Shown piece after piece: positions 1 through 21,887 of a stretch of DNA of 64,000 nt (position 1 is the stretch's first letter; each line of letters begins with the position of its first letter). The notes beneath the pieces were generated by a model, which saw only the letters and a program-made list of their open reading frames with translations, was not told where the DNA came from and searched no databases. The position numbers and the translations under genes are program-made. This DNA is from Octopus vulgaris (taxonomy: Eukaryota): NCBI GenBank assembly GCA_951406725.2, contig OX597827.1, forward strand, positions 69,316,001-69,380,000, written 5' to 3'.

Positions 1-259
<259 letters not shown>

Positions 260-299
260 CTTTTTTGTATTTATATTCGTATTATTTTTTGTATTTATA

Positions 300-540
300 T
301 TCGTGTAACATCGTCCGTTTTTCTGTCCTTGTTTCGTACACATTCGATCCTTTTTCCGAGGAATCTAATGCTCTTAGCTTAGTTTTTCCTTGGGGCTGGC
401 CAGATTGGAGCAATCTCAAGATTAATTAGCCGAAATTGCGAGGAAGATCCAGTTCTTGACTGAAGATTAAAGGCTTCGAATGACCCGTCCGTGTTTTTTG
501 TATCGTCTATTTGGATGTTTTGCGTTCTTGTCCCATTTTG

Positions 541-543
<3 letters not shown>
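300..543. repeat. Unclassified dispersed repeat
   Basis: gatccagttcttgactgaagatta..ggcttcgaatgaccc..ttttgcgttcttgtcccattttg (~445-543) recurs at ~54630-54726. Confidence 0.7.
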
Positions 544-584
<41 letters not shown>

Positions 585-845
585 GACGAGTATACGTATA
601 TACCTATATATACAATGATGATGATAGGTAAATAAATAAATAGATAGATAAATAAAGGGAAATACCCTTGTTGGTGGAGAAGATTTCAATAGAGGTTATC
701 GCATCAATAAACTCTTTTGTATTCATTTTTGCCACCATGGCTATTTCCTTATTTATTTATTTGTGGTTACTATCATCATCCTTAATATCAATGCTATTGT
801 TTACTGCCAGTTGGTCGTTCTCACCTGTTTACTGTTGCTCCTTTA

Positions 846-2290
846 TACGAGGATCGGCTGAAAAATTTCGTAGGCTGACCAAGATACTCTAATGGAATGT
901 GACCGAAGGAGGTTTATCTTTCAAAATAGTCTCCCTTGCCGTCTGCACACTTCTTCCGTCGGTATTGCATTGCTTGGATCCCATTGGTGGAGAAGCTTTT
1001 ATCCTGATGGTAAAAAAAAAAAGCCATCAACAGTAGATATGACGATACTACGATATTGTTTCCCCTGCGTCGATATTTGTTTAGGGCGGCGAGCTGGCAG
1101 AAGCGTTAGCACGCCGGGCAAAATGCGTAGCCGTATTTCGTCTGCCGTTACGTTCTGAGTTCAAATTCCGCCGAGGTCGACTTTGCTTTTCATCCTTTCG
1201 GGGTCGATTAAATAAGTACCAGTTACGCACTGGGGTCGATATAATCGACTTAATCCGTTTGTCTGTCCTTGTTTGTCCTCTCTGAGTTTAGCCCCTTGTG
1301 GGTAGTAAAGAAATAGGTATTTCGTCTGTCTTTATGTTCTGAGTTCAAATTCTGCCGAGGTCGACTTTGCCTTTCATCCTTTCGGGGTCGATTAAATAAG
1401 TACAAGTTACTCTCTGTGGTCGATGTAATCGACTTAATCCGTTTGTCTGTCCTTGTTTGTCCTCTCTGTGTTTAGCCCCTTGTGGGTAGTAAAGAAATAG
1501 ATATTGTTTCCCTGCTGAGTGTTTTTTTTTTATATCGAGGAATAAATGGTATTCCGATGGGGGCCAAATCAAGATAACTGAAAGGATAATCGACCAGTTC
1601 AAAGCCACAATCACATACAGCAGCCATTGAAACCAAGTGTTGGAGCATTTTCTTGATGCAACAAGACCCCTTTCGACAGTTTTCCTGGGCGTTTGGTTAT
1701 GATACCCTTTCCTAATTACCCCAGAAAGTTGGTATAGTACTCTTCAGTGGCAGTCCTTTCGATGATGGTCAGAAAACACAATGCTTTTTGCATTCCAAAA
1801 AACTGAGGCCATCACCTTCCTTGCAGATGAAACGACCTTCGCCTTCCTTGGAGCAGATGAAGAGGAGATGTTTCCTTCCACTGCAGGGATTATCTCTGGC
1901 TCAAAGTGATGAAATCAACGCTCATATCCTGGGTTAGGAAGCGTTCAAGGAAACTAGCTCAAACAATAACAGATTATTCCGCGATGTGATCAGTCCAGTG
2001 CACCAGAAGACGTGGCACCCACCGAGCAGAAAACCTTTGCCATGCTGAGTTCATAGTGCAGAATATTCTCTACTCTCACATGGGATATGCCAATAACATT
2101 GGCTATTTGATTTATAGTCAGTCACCTGTCATTCATCACTATGTGGTGAACGCGATCAATGTTTACCTCGGAGGTGGCTGTTGCAGGATGTCCAGTCATC
2201 GGGTCATCTTCCCTTTCCTCCTAAATTCAGCTGACCATTTTTGCACCTTTGATAAAACTGGATCGTCAGTTTTTCACGCAACTTATCGTC
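846..2290 (-). mobile_element. Decayed mariner DNA transposon (transposase pseudogene) interrupted by a SINE dimer
   Basis: Minus-strand fragments: EDDP..GHPATATSEVNIDRVHHIVMND, SARWVPRLL (~2004-2030), KAKVVSSARKVMASVFW, KRPGKLSKGVLLHQENAP, PSEYHLF..KKHSAGKQY, C-terminal QYRRKKCADGKGDYFER*. Terminus TA-CGAGGATCGGCTGAAAA at 846-865. Frameshifts and stops present; the other TIR is not clearly recognisable. Confidence 0.9.
1084..1500 (+). mobile_element. tRNA-derived SINE with Nin/Deu-like central domain, full copy plus tandem 5'-truncated copy
   Basis: Head ggcggcgagctggcagaa..gagttcaaattcc (B-box-like). Body gaggtcgactttgcctttcatcctttcggggtcgat..aataagtacc occurs twice (to ~1316 and 1317-1500). 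Confidence 0.85.
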
Positions 2291-2494
2291 AGTCAAAAGT
2301 AAAGAAGAAAGAAAAAAAAAACATACCTACTTCTCTCACATAAAAAAACATTTGCGTAAGAGTCTGGAGAAGAGTTTGAGAAGGTTCTCAGCTTCAACGA
2401 ATCACAAAATTTTAATTTTAATTTGACATTTAATTCTTGCTTTTCCACTTTCTTTTGATGGACTTACTCGTGTTTCTACATGCATGTATGTATG

Positions 2495-2539
<45 letters not shown>

Positions 2540-2578
2540 GTGAGTATGTATGTATGTGTATATATATATATATATAAC

Positions 2579-2788
2579 GGGAAGCTTTATGAAAATAGAC
2601 AAAAGACGAAGGCAGGTGGAAAACAAACGAACAATTGTATTAGTATGGCGCTCAGGAAATATAAATAAAACAAGTCTATAACGTTTCGAGCCTACGCTCT
2701 TCAACAGAAAGATACACAGAGAGAAAAAAAAACACAGAAAGAAGGAGAGAAAAAAAATGCGTGCAGTAGCTAACGAATCAACATGGCG

Positions 2789-2790
<2 letters not shown>
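2579..2790 (-). mobile_element. Short TA-flanked repeat, family A, with minimal hammerhead-like motif
   Basis: Reverse complement tcttt-CTGTTGA-AGAGC-gtag-GCTC-GAAAC-GTT-ataga (2675-2712); homologous to copies at 33055, 55340 and 58885. Confidence 0.7.
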
Positions 2791-2837
<47 letters not shown>

Positions 2838-2896
2838 TGTATGTATGTATGTATGTATGTATGTATGTATGTGTGTGTGTATATATATATATGTAT

Positions 2897-2932
<36 letters not shown>

Positions 2933-2936
<4 letters not shown>

Positions 2937-3124
2937 GCGTTGCCGTATTTCGTCTGCCGTTACGTTCCGAGTTCAAATTCCGCCGACGTCGACTTTACCT
3001 TTCATCCTTCCGGGGTCGATAAATTAAGTACCAGTTACGCACTGGGGTCGATGTAATCGACTTAATCTCTTTGTCTGTCCTTGTTTGTCTCCTCTGTGTT
3101 TAGCCCCTTGTGGGTAGTAAAGAA

Positions 3125-3126
<2 letters not shown>
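2933..3126 (+). mobile_element. 5'-truncated Nin/Deu-like SINE
   Basis: Matches 1122-1316. Confidence 0.85.
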
Positions 3127-3155
<29 letters not shown>

Positions 3156-3405
3156 TATATATATATGAATATGTATACCTACGTACGTACACATGGACGT
3201 ATATATAGAGCATGCACTATAACTGTATAAATATATTAATTATATATACATATATATATATACATACACGTAAGTAGTTAAATTTAAATACATAGGAATA
3301 CGCAATATATCTCCATGGATGTATTTGAATCAATCAATTTGTATGTCCGTCTGTCTGATGGCTATCTATCTATCTATCCGCCTGTCTGTCTGACTGTTTG
3401 TCTGG

Positions 3406-3451
<46 letters not shown>

Positions 3452-3454
3452 CTC

Positions 3455-3527
<73 letters not shown>

Positions 3528-3959
3528 GCATACATACCTACATATATGTACGTATGTATATACACTTGTATATATATTGACACAATCAGATAGACAGTCT
3601 CACACACACATACACACACACATATCTATGTACTAGACAGCTAGATGCATATATGTATGTATATACATATATGTGTATACACATGCATGAATATATATAT
3701 ACCTATATATATATATATATATATGTATATGTATATATATATGTATATATATATATGTATGTATATATATATAAATATATATATATATATAAATATATAA
3801 ATATATATATAAATATATAAATATATATATATAATATATATAATATGTATATATAATGTATATATATATCTATATACATAATATATATATATATAATATA
3901 TATATATATCTATATACATAATATATATATGTATATATATATATATATATACACACTCA

Positions 3960-7291
<3,332 letters not shown>

Positions 7292-7414
7292 GTGTGTGAT
7301 TGTGTATGGGTACAAATGTTATTATGAATGTATATGTATATATATATATGTGTGTGTGTATGGATATATATGTATATAAGTGTAGAAATTGTTTATATAT
7401 ACATATATACACAC

Positions 7415-7519
<105 letters not shown>

Positions 7520-7557
7520 TGTATATATATATATGCATATATATATGTATATATATA

Positions 7558-7749
<192 letters not shown>

Positions 7750-7774
7750 TATATACATATACATATATATATGC

Positions 7775-7823
<49 letters not shown>

Positions 7824-7842
7824 ACGTGTGTATATATGTATA

Positions 7843-7885
<43 letters not shown>

Positions 7886-7955
7886 CAATTTCTACTCTTA
7901 TATACATACACACACATATATAGACATATAAATTCATACATGCATTTGTATCCAT

Positions 7956-8003
<48 letters not shown>

Positions 8004-8336
8004 GTATATATATATATATACATATATATATGTTTGTGTGTGTGTGTATGTGTGTACTCTCAATTGTATAAGCCTCACACCATTATATATATTAATCTAT
8101 ATTTATACCAACATATATATCCACATGCACAGATATATAAATACTTAAAATTACGTTCTCCCATATCTATTAACCTACAAAATAGTTAATGTTGGTGAGA
8201 GTCTCACGATATAAATGTATATACACACATAGCTGTTGTATGCTTTGCATATTCTCTCATTCACAAGTAGGCTCATCAGTGCGATGTATACAGATAAGTG
8301 TGTATATATATATATAATATATATACGTGTATCTAC

Positions 8337-8408
<72 letters not shown>

Positions 8409-8489
8409 CATATGTATATATTCATACAAGTGTACGTATATATATATACACCCAGACACGCACACATATATATATATGTATGTGTCTGG

Positions 8490-8531
<42 letters not shown>

Positions 8532-8817
8532 ATATACATACATATATGTATATATATACGTATATATATGTATTCGTATATATATATATATGTATACGTA
8601 TATGTATATATATACGTATATATATATATATATATACGTATGTATATATATATAGACGTATATATACACACATATACATATGTAGATATAAATATATATG
8701 TATATGCATACACACATGAGCCTAGATATTGAATACATTATATTTTATATATATATTATATATAGAGTATATATATATTACAAATCTGTCATTCTCTCTC
8801 TCTATCATATATATATC

Positions 8818-8848
<31 letters not shown>

Positions 8849-8870
8849 CATGTGTGTATATCATATATAT

Positions 8871-8927
<57 letters not shown>

Positions 8928-8931
8928 TTTA

Positions 8932-9037
<106 letters not shown>

Positions 9038-9221
9038 TATATATACATTATATATATATATATATATATATATAACATATATGTAATATATATATATATG
9101 TATTTATATATATTTCATATATCATGTATAGTTATGTCATATATGTATATAATGTATATATAGCATATATGATATATATGTTATATATATATATATATCA
9201 TATATGTATATGATATATATG

Positions 9222-9256
<35 letters not shown>

Positions 9257-9832
9257 TACACACATAGAGATATCTACATTCATACACACACACGGATGTG
9301 TACATACATACATATGCATATGTTAATATATGTGTATGTGTATGCATTATAGCTATGCATATGTATTTGCGTGTATGCATGTATGACGTTATAAAGAAAA
9401 AAACATTATAAAAGGTTTTCCATCTGGTTCTACGGTGAGCAATCCAGTTTCTTGAACCACTGGGCTGATTTCTCGGCGCATTATTCGAACAAGTGGCTGA
9501 GTACCCTGCATGTAATCCTCATGGTACCCCCATTTCATTTACAGGTACAATGGCTATGAAAGATGTACAGAGTTTACTTTTCAACTGCCGTGTATATTTG
9601 CATAGGTGTAATCATACACACTGACTCTGACACAAAGGAAGCACTCCACACACACACATACGTAAGCATGCATTACCATACACACATACACACACACACA
9701 CTTATTCATATGAGAACATTTGTACCTATATCAGTATTTGTGGGTGTATATGCGTGTGAGCATAAGTATTTATGTATGTATGTATGTATGTATGTATGTA
9801 TGTATGTATGTATGTATGTATCTATCTATCTT

Positions 9833-9929
<97 letters not shown>

Positions 9930-10099
9930 ATATATATATATATATATACATATGTATATATATATACATATGTATATCTATGTATATACATGCATACGTA
10001 CATACATAAATACATACATTTATGTTGTGTATATACTTATACATATACATATACAAACATACATATACACATACATATACATATATACACATAGTTATA

Positions 10100-10162
10100 T
10101 GATTGATTGATTGATTCTAATTTCAGCTTATGAGCTGTGGCCATGCTGGGGCACCGCCATTT
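10100..10162 (-). mobile_element. Isolated 3' tail of the CR1-like LINE
   Basis: Reverse complement aaatggcggtgccccagcatggccacagctcataagctgaaattag(aatc)n matches 25895-25960. Confidence 0.85.
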
Positions 10163-10198
10163 ATATATATATATATAAAATATATATTCATATACATA

Positions 10199-10262
<64 letters not shown>

Positions 10263-10412
10263 TGTATGTATATATATATATATATATTTATATGTATATA
10301 CACATATATGTATATATATATATATGTATGTATATATATATATACATTTATGTGAATATATTTGTGTAGATAGATATAGATATATGTTGATGTGTATATG
10401 TGTGTATATACA

Positions 10413-10456
<44 letters not shown>

Positions 10457-10484
10457 TACACGCATACATACATACATTCACATA

Positions 10485-10525
<41 letters not shown>

Positions 10526-10881
10526 TGGCATGCATGCGCCCATGAATTTGTATTTGCGTGCTTGCATCTCCTTGCATCTCCTTGCATTGCAAACATTGAC
10601 AGGTTTACAGATATATATATATATCGGACATGGTCACACCACACCTACACACAATCACACACACACACACACGGAGACACGCAGTCACTCACACTAATGC
10701 AGTAAGATACATACGTACACCTACACACACACACACACACACATACAAGTCCTCCCAGGCACAGTCATATAGAAACACATACATCCAGACACAAGCACAC
10801 AAACATGAATACGCCTATATGTGTGTGTTTGTGTGTGTATATATATAGATATAGATATAGATAGATATATTTATATGTATG

Positions 10882-10948
<67 letters not shown>

Positions 10949-10951
10949 ATA

Positions 10952-11001
<50 letters not shown>

Positions 11002-11097
11002 CTCACGCACTGACAGACATCGTAACAGACAGACAAACTGAGCAAATGAAATATACTTACGTATGTACATGTGTGAATGTGCTTCCATATATCTTTA

Positions 11098-11231
<134 letters not shown>

Positions 11232-11271
11232 TATATGTATATATACATATATATATGTATATATACATATA

Positions 11272-11329
<58 letters not shown>

Positions 11330-11422
11330 CATTTATATATAAGCTAGTTATATGTGTGTAATTATATACACATAAAAGCGTATGTATCTGTTTATAAATA
11401 TATATATACATATATGTATGTT

Positions 11423-11477
<55 letters not shown>

Positions 11478-11529
11478 ATGTATATACATTCGTGTGTGTA
11501 TGTATGCATAGTTATACAAATACATGTGC

Positions 11530-11564
<35 letters not shown>

Positions 11565-12003
11565 TATGTATGTATTTCGTAGGTGTGTATGACTCTGTTT
11601 ATATAATAGATATTAGCATACGCATACGAATAAATATATACCTATACGAAAATATACTTCTACGAATACGATCTGATGTGAAAGCAAAGCCCTCACACAC
11701 AAACACACATACACACAACACAAGCACATAGCCATACGTACATACATACATACATGCACATACGGGCATACACAGACGTACGTATCAGACACATACATGC
11801 ATAGACACTCATAGACACACACGCAACAATAACCACACCATATGCATTGCACACATACATAGCACACGCATACGCATAACGCATAACGCACAATGCATGC
11901 TTGTATATACACGTACATGCACTCATATTTTATACATACATAGGTGCATACTTTCATATACGTAATTATATATATACATGTGTGTATACATAAATATACA
12001 TAC

Positions 12004-12055
<52 letters not shown>

Positions 12056-12176
12056 ATGTATGCTTGGCGTGTCTGTATGTATATAAGCATACCTAAATAC
12101 ATTAGATATATATACACATCTACTTATATATATATATACATATATCCATAGATGTATATATGCATACATATATATA

Positions 12177-12229
<53 letters not shown>

Positions 12230-12262
12230 GTATATACACGCACATGAATACATATGCACGTA

Positions 12263-12304
<42 letters not shown>

Positions 12305-12308
12305 GAAA

Positions 12309-12406
<98 letters not shown>

Positions 12407-12445
12407 TATATATATATATACACATATATATATGTATATATACAC

Positions 12446-12501
<56 letters not shown>

Positions 12502-13055
12502 AACCATACACACACACACACATACGTATACATACAGACAACACAAACACTTTGAATAGACGTCACCTCGTGTCGACTATTTTCTGTACTACGCTTCTTC
12601 CACTTCGGCGTCATCGCCGTCGTCGTCCTCATTGTTGTTATTGCTTTCTCTCTCTCTCTCTCTCTCTCTTTCTTTCTCTCTCTCTCTCTTTCTTTCTCTC
12701 TCTCTCTCTCACTATGTTTATGTTTTCATTACTGTGCGGCTCTGTAAACTACACGATGTATATATATATACACCTTGTCTCGTAAGTAAGTCGCTGTATG
12801 TAGATTATTCTGAGCTTTATTATAACATGAGTTGCATGCTATATATACTCTTCTGTATATATATATACAATAGCATATACGTATGTATATGTTTATGTTT
12901 ATGTGCACGTCTATATATTTATATGTATATATGCATATATGCTTGTGTGTGTGTGGAGGGAGCATAGATACATTCAGGCATACACATGCATATATATGTA
13001 CATATATAACCTGTATGTGTGTGTGAGTATATGGTACATCCATTAATACGTATAT

Positions 13056-13122
<67 letters not shown>

Positions 13123-13137
13123 CGTCTATCTATCTAC

Positions 13138-13175
<38 letters not shown>

Positions 13176-13284
13176 GCTTACGTGTATATATGAATATGGA
13201 AACATACTTACAGGCCTGCATATGCATATACGTATGAATTCACATTCTGCATGTGTTTGTGTGTGTATATATATTGCATGTGTT

Positions 13285-13327
<43 letters not shown>

Positions 13328-13705
13328 ATATATACCCATACACATAAATATGTGTATCTATCTATCTATCTATATATATATATATACATATATATACACA
13401 CATATATACATATTTGTACACACATTTATATACATACACACACACATATATATATATATACATGTCTGTGTGTGTGGTTTTGCATGTGTATATATATATG
13501 TGATATATATATATTTATATATATAAATACGATATATGTACAACATGTCATATATATATGTATATATTATATATATGTTCATATATATTTATATATGTGT
13601 GTATATACTTATGAAAATCTGCAAGCAATGCATCGATGTCTCGTATGGCTACGAGGATGTATGCATGTATATTTGTATATACATATATGCATATGCACTC
13701 ATATA

Positions 13706-13751
<46 letters not shown>

Positions 13752-13841
13752 CATACACGCCTGCATATATATACATATATATATGCATATACGTATATAT
13801 GTATATGTGTGTGTATTTACGTATGTATAGATTTATACATG

Positions 13842-13885
<44 letters not shown>

Positions 13886-14235
13886 TACACATACATATAT
13901 ACGTTTATATATACACACATGTATATATATATATATACACACACATGTATATATATATATACAAACATACATACATACATACATTCATATATATATATAT
14001 ATACAAACATACATGCATACATTCATATATATATATACACACGGATATGTATAAAATTCTCAGCATATTACGTATCTTTACGGATGTGGTATTAAGTTTG
14101 AAAATATATTTATATACTTATCTATAGCGATGTCTCTATACATGTGGGCATGAACGAATATATGCTAATACATATAGATATATATTCATATGTACACCAT
14201 ATATACACATATGCATATATGTAAGTATATACGCA

Positions 14236-14276
<41 letters not shown>

Positions 14277-14408
14277 TTATATATATATATGTATGTACAC
14301 GTATAGGTGTGTACCAATGTGTATGTATACACACACTACCCTCCTCTATATACCATGTTCACAATAGCACAATTCTGTGTAATGTATACGATGTATACGA
14401 ACGAAAGC

Positions 14409-14455
<47 letters not shown>

Positions 14456-14734
14456 TATATGTGTATGTGTGTATATATAAAGACATACATAACGGATATG
14501 CATATGTGTATTTATGGGATGTATTTACATAGTGCCCAGCCATGAATGTCATTACACACCTATATCTAATTATGTGTATGTACAGTGTGCGGTATATGTG
14601 TGTGCGTGTATATATATATATATATATATATCTAAATCTATTTCGTAATGACCCAAAATGATAGGTATACTTGGAATGTAACAGCATATGTATTTAAATG
14701 TATATATGTGTATGTATATTTATAGATATAGATA

Positions 14735-14944
<210 letters not shown>

Positions 14945-15233
14945 GTGTGTGTTTTGTATATATATATGTATATATATATATATATGAATGAATGGCTCTG
15001 AAGAGGCACGTTTCTAAATTCATATGGACACCTACCTTTTTGTGTGTTTCTGTATGCATGGAGTGCTTTACATGTGTTTGTATGCGTATATATGTTTACA
15101 TCTGTATGTATGTGCCCGAGTCTGTGTTAGTGTATGGATATTTAAACTTGTGCATGAGCTCATACATATCTATACATACATACACAAACACACACACACA
15201 CAAACATACAATATATGCATGTGTGTATATATG

Positions 15234-15264
<31 letters not shown>

Positions 15265-15740
15265 CACACTTCCAAATATATATATATATGCATATATTGA
15301 TGTATATTTGCATGCATTTATATATACGTATATATAAAACTTTATATATATACACACACATATACCGTTCTTGTATGTGTGTGTGTATAGGGACATCTAT
15401 CTATATATATATGTGTGTGTGTATGTGTGTATGTATATATTTATATACATACATATGTATATATATATGCATATATATGTATGTATATTCATACATGCAT
15501 ATATAAACACACATATATATAAACACACATATATATATATATATAATGCATATAAATATGTATATGTCTATACATATGTGTCTGTATGTGTATATATATA
15601 CATGTATATACACATTATATGACGTACGCATATATTTATATACCCGCATGCTGTAGATCATCATTCATGCCTCATGATGCTGAAACGAAATAATGAACGT
15701 ATATATATATATATGCATGTATATATATATATATATATGC

Positions 15741-15792
<52 letters not shown>

Positions 15793-15946
15793 TATATATA
15801 TATATATGTATGTATATATATACATATATATATGTATATATATATACATATATATATGTATATATATATACATATATATATGTATGTATATATATACATA
15901 CATATATATATGTATGTATATATATACATACATATATATATGAATG

Positions 15947-16007
<61 letters not shown>

Positions 16008-16157
16008 ATATAAATATATATTTACAAATAATTATAAGTATATATAGGTGTGTGGAGTGTATAGTGGTGTCTTTATACATGTATATGTGTGTGTGCGTAT
16101 ATATATATATATATATATATATACATACATATACATACATACATATATATGTGTTTA

Positions 16158-16199
<42 letters not shown>

Positions 16200-16561
16200 T
16201 ACATATGTGTTTATATATGTATATATATATTTATATGCATATATATATATACACATATATATACATATATATATATGCATGCAAATACACACTTTGTGTC
16301 ATTTATGCACATAATTTTCTATGTATAGATGTATAGCTGCACCCATCGATATGAATGTGAATACACACAGAAACATACATTTATATATGATTGTATATAT
16401 ATATATATATGTATATACGTCTATATATGTATATATGCATATGTATATGTGTATATATTATATATGTATATATATATATATATATATGTGTGTGTGCATA
16501 CATATTTACTTGCATGTATGCATATGTATATATATATATGCATATGTATGTGTATATATTA

Positions 16562-16607
<46 letters not shown>

Positions 16608-16739
16608 TGTATGTATCCATGTATATCTGATTCGAGTTTCATTTACATGACTATTCATATTCATATATAGGTATATTCACATGCATACACCCATGTATAT
16701 GTAATGGCAACTATATCCACATGTATATTTGTGTGTGTG

Positions 16740-16809
<70 letters not shown>

Positions 16810-16822
16810 GCGCCATTATTCC

Positions 16823-16855
<33 letters not shown>

Positions 16856-17411
16856 GAATATATATATATATAGATATGTATAAAGACATCTACATCCACA
16901 TGTGTTCAAATGTACATATATACATATAAATATTTGTCTATTCACATACATATATTTATAGAGAGTGGGGCAAAGGGAATGAGAGTGATGGAGGGAGAGA
17001 GAGTGTGTGTTTGTGTGTGTGAGATACAGCCATCCATACATGCATGCGTCAAAACTAATCCACGTTGTGTATCATCTACTCAGAGTTTCGTTCATGTCCC
17101 CTAGTACTCTGACGGTATGTAATTTGTATGCTACACGGATTCATTGTTTTGGTCTAATACTTAGATTGCATTGCTATCTCACCACTCTGATAACTGTATA
17201 TACCTCCATTGTATATATATATATATTTCCATATTTATACAAATACACACATACACACACAAGCTGAAAAACACGAATACACACACACATACACACACAA
17301 GCTAAAAACACGAATACACACACATATACTTACACACATACAGACACGAACACTAATACACATGCTTATACAACCACATGAAAACGCCTAAGTCCGCCCG
17401 TGTGCATATAT

Positions 17412-17444
<33 letters not shown>

Positions 17445-17858
17445 TAGATAGATAGATAGATAGATAGGTACATACATAGATGTGTGTATGTACGTTTGCA
17501 TCTATATGTATGTATGTATGTATGTATGTATTTAGGTATGTTTGTGTATGTGGGCAATTGTTCATGTGAGTGTGTGTTTATATGCGCGTGTGTCTTAGTG
17601 TGTGCGTGTGTGTGTGTGTATGTGTTAGTGTGTGTGCTAGTGTGTGTATTGACTATCTCATGACGTGCATATATATTTGCGATTATGAACTCGTGGACTC
17701 TGTATATTTGCATATGAACTATCTTGGCTGACTTTTTGTACGTAGTGTTATACACATACACATATAGGCATTTACCTCGATACTTTGACATACTTATATA
17801 CGTACACACACAGACGCATACACACACACACACACACACGTATATATATATAAACATA

Positions 17859-17934
<76 letters not shown>

Positions 17935-18082
17935 TATATGCTTGTATGCATATATGTGTATATATACATGTATACATATAGATGTCTTTATATATACTTA
18001 TATATATATGTATATACATACATGTATATTATATATATATATATATCTTCATATATGTATGTATATACTTATATATATTCGC

Positions 18083-18144
<62 letters not shown>

Positions 18145-18372
18145 GTACAAAAGTATACATACGTATTAATGCATGCTCATATATATATATAATACACATA
18201 CATGTATAATATATATTATATATATATGTACACACGTATACAGGCATGCATCCGTTTGTGTATTCATATACGCATATGACGATATGATGATATGTATGCA
18301 TCACACGTATACAAATGTACACATAATTACCTATGTATACAGTTACATATTTGAATTTGTTGGTATATACAA

Positions 18373-18414
<42 letters not shown>

Positions 18415-18669
18415 ATACATATATATATATTTAGATATATAATTGTATGTATTTATATATATTTATATGCGTTCGTAGATCCTATTTGTGCGTGTGTACA
18501 TATAAACGTATTTGTATAATTATTTGTAAATGTAAATATGTATCTATACAGATGTATGTACACACATATCCACCTATAGATACATATATTAACATATATA
18601 CTTGTGTATATATATACCTATACATATATATATATATATACACACTTATATATATATACACATACATAC

Positions 18670-18729
<60 letters not shown>

Positions 18730-18989
18730 TATATATATATATACATATATACGTATATATATATATATACATATATACGTATATATACACATATATATAC
18801 ACATATTTATATATATATGTATGTATATGTATGTACATGTGTGTGTATATACACACACATGTATATATATATATATACATATATATATACGTATATATAC
18901 ACATTTTCACATACGTACATATATATATGTATGCATATATGTATATGTATGTGTACATGTGTGTGTATATACACAGACATGTATGTATG

Positions 18990-19021
<32 letters not shown>

Positions 19022-19563
19022 TACTTATATATATAAATATATATATACATATATCTATACATACGTACATATATATATATAGATATATATTTATATTAAA
19101 GTGACATCGTAAGAGCGGTTTATATATCTCTCCATACGTATACCCTGTCTCCCCACCTCCACCACCACCACCACCAACTCATTTCACTGTGACTTTTTCC
19201 ATATTCCCGTCGTACGTACTCCTCGCCATACGTTCAAACTCTCTTCATACTCCCTCTCTCTCTCTCTCTGTGTTTCACTCTCTTCATCTCCTCTTTATAT
19301 TTTTCTGTCATTCCCTTTCCACTTTCATACTCTCCCTCTCTGTTTTTCATTTCTCCGCTCTACTCCCTCTCTCATACTTCTTACCTTCCTGCCTCTCTCT
19401 CTCTCTCTGTCTCACTCTCTCGTTCTATCACTTACTCATTCACTCCTCATAACTATTAGTTCGCCACAAACGCATAGAAGTGAGCACCTGTCTCCTCGTT
19501 GGAGAACGGCGTGTGTTGGTGTGTGCGCGCTACCGTTAGCGTATACAATACAACCCTAAATAT

Positions 19564-19596
<33 letters not shown>

Positions 19597-19960
19597 CATA
19601 TATGCACACCCGCATACATACACATATACACACATTTATATATACATATGAATATATATACCCGTCGAAGACCAGAGAGTGAGAGAAGAATGTACATAAC
19701 TTAAGTACGTGTGCATTTTTGCCGAAGTCTATGCAGTTTTTATACATCCCACGTCTGTATATGTTGTTCTATATACTTTTAATGTATCTGCTTTTATATA
19801 CATGAAAACTTGTGTTTTTGTGCCGGCCTTTTCGGCAATAACAGTTTGTGATATTCCTATGTTTAATATACACACACACACACACACACATGCATGCATT
19901 CATGCACACATGGACGTAAATACATATACACATACACACACACACATATACCTATACATT

Positions 19961-20012
<52 letters not shown>

Positions 20013-20099
20013 AATATATGTTTATACATATATACAGACATACATATATATATATAGATATATACACACAAATATGTTTATACATACACAGATATACCT

Positions 20100-20236
<137 letters not shown>

Positions 20237-21228
20237 AATATATGTTTATACATATATACACATAGGTATATATACACATATATTCACACACATACGTGTG
20301 TGTGATGATTTCATAGGCATCCATCCAGCTATACACATACCTATGTTTACGTACACAACCATACAGTTACATATGATTATGCATAAATATATATGTATAG
20401 ATAAATGTGTTCGCATGTATGTATATTCATATACGCACGTATGCATATCTATATATATATATATATATGTATAAACTTACACATCCCCAAATATATAGAC
20501 ACGTATATATGTATATGCAATATACATGTGTATACATACACGTATGTATTAAATATTGTGTATATGTAAGAATATCTGCATATAGTTATATTTTGTATAC
20601 ACATACCTCATATTCATAATGTATACATATATAACATAGTTCACATGTTTCCTTGCCTGCGCACACACGCTCGCATATATATATATATATTTGTGTGTGT
20701 GTGTAAAAAAGTTATACGTATATATATATATGTACATATATATATATATACATGTACATATATATATGTATATACATATATATACTTGTATTTATATATG
20801 TATATACATATATTTATATATATACTTGTATATACATATGTTTATATATATATATGTACGTGCATACAGATATATATACATAGCATATATGTGTATACAT
20901 ATGTCTACATACACACACACATATCTGTATACGTTCATTGATGTGTTTACACACTCACATACATATTCATATATATATATGAAACCACGTAAATATAGCA
21001 AATACATAATATTTTTATCTATCGATAGCTATGTATGCATTAAAATAGATATGTATATATATATAAATATATATATACAAACACGCACACCTATATATAC
21101 GTATACACATATATATACACACTCATATATACACAAACACACTATATATATACACACATATATATATATACATATATATATACAAATATATATATACATA
21201 TATGCATATACATATATATACACATATA

Positions 21229-21262
<34 letters not shown>

Positions 21263-21350
21263 TACAAATATATATAAATACATATATATATATATACATA
21301 TATATATACATATATATACATATATATATATACATATATATACACATATA

Positions 21351-21382
<32 letters not shown>

Positions 21383-21468
21383 ACATATATATAAATACAT
21401 ATATATGTATATATAAATACATATATATATACATATATATATACATATATATATACATATATATATAC

Positions 21469-21597
<129 letters not shown>

Positions 21598-21600
21598 CAC

Positions 21601-21631
<31 letters not shown>

Positions 21632-21844
21632 CATATATATCTACACATATCCGTCACTCACACTCTTCACTCACAGTCATATACCTTCACTTAAACTCAA
21701 TTTCATACACATTCTCACTCACTCACTGTCCCTCCCCCTCCCTCTTCTCGTTTATCTGTCTCTGTCCCTCTCGCACAGACACACACACTCATTATACGTT
21801 CATACTCACACGTAAACACTGTACCACAGTGAGAGGGTTAGATG

Positions 21845-21887
<43 letters not shown>

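Noticed and set aside
2355-2402. Second mariner TIR
   Set aside because: Similarity to the 848-890 terminus is too weak to call.
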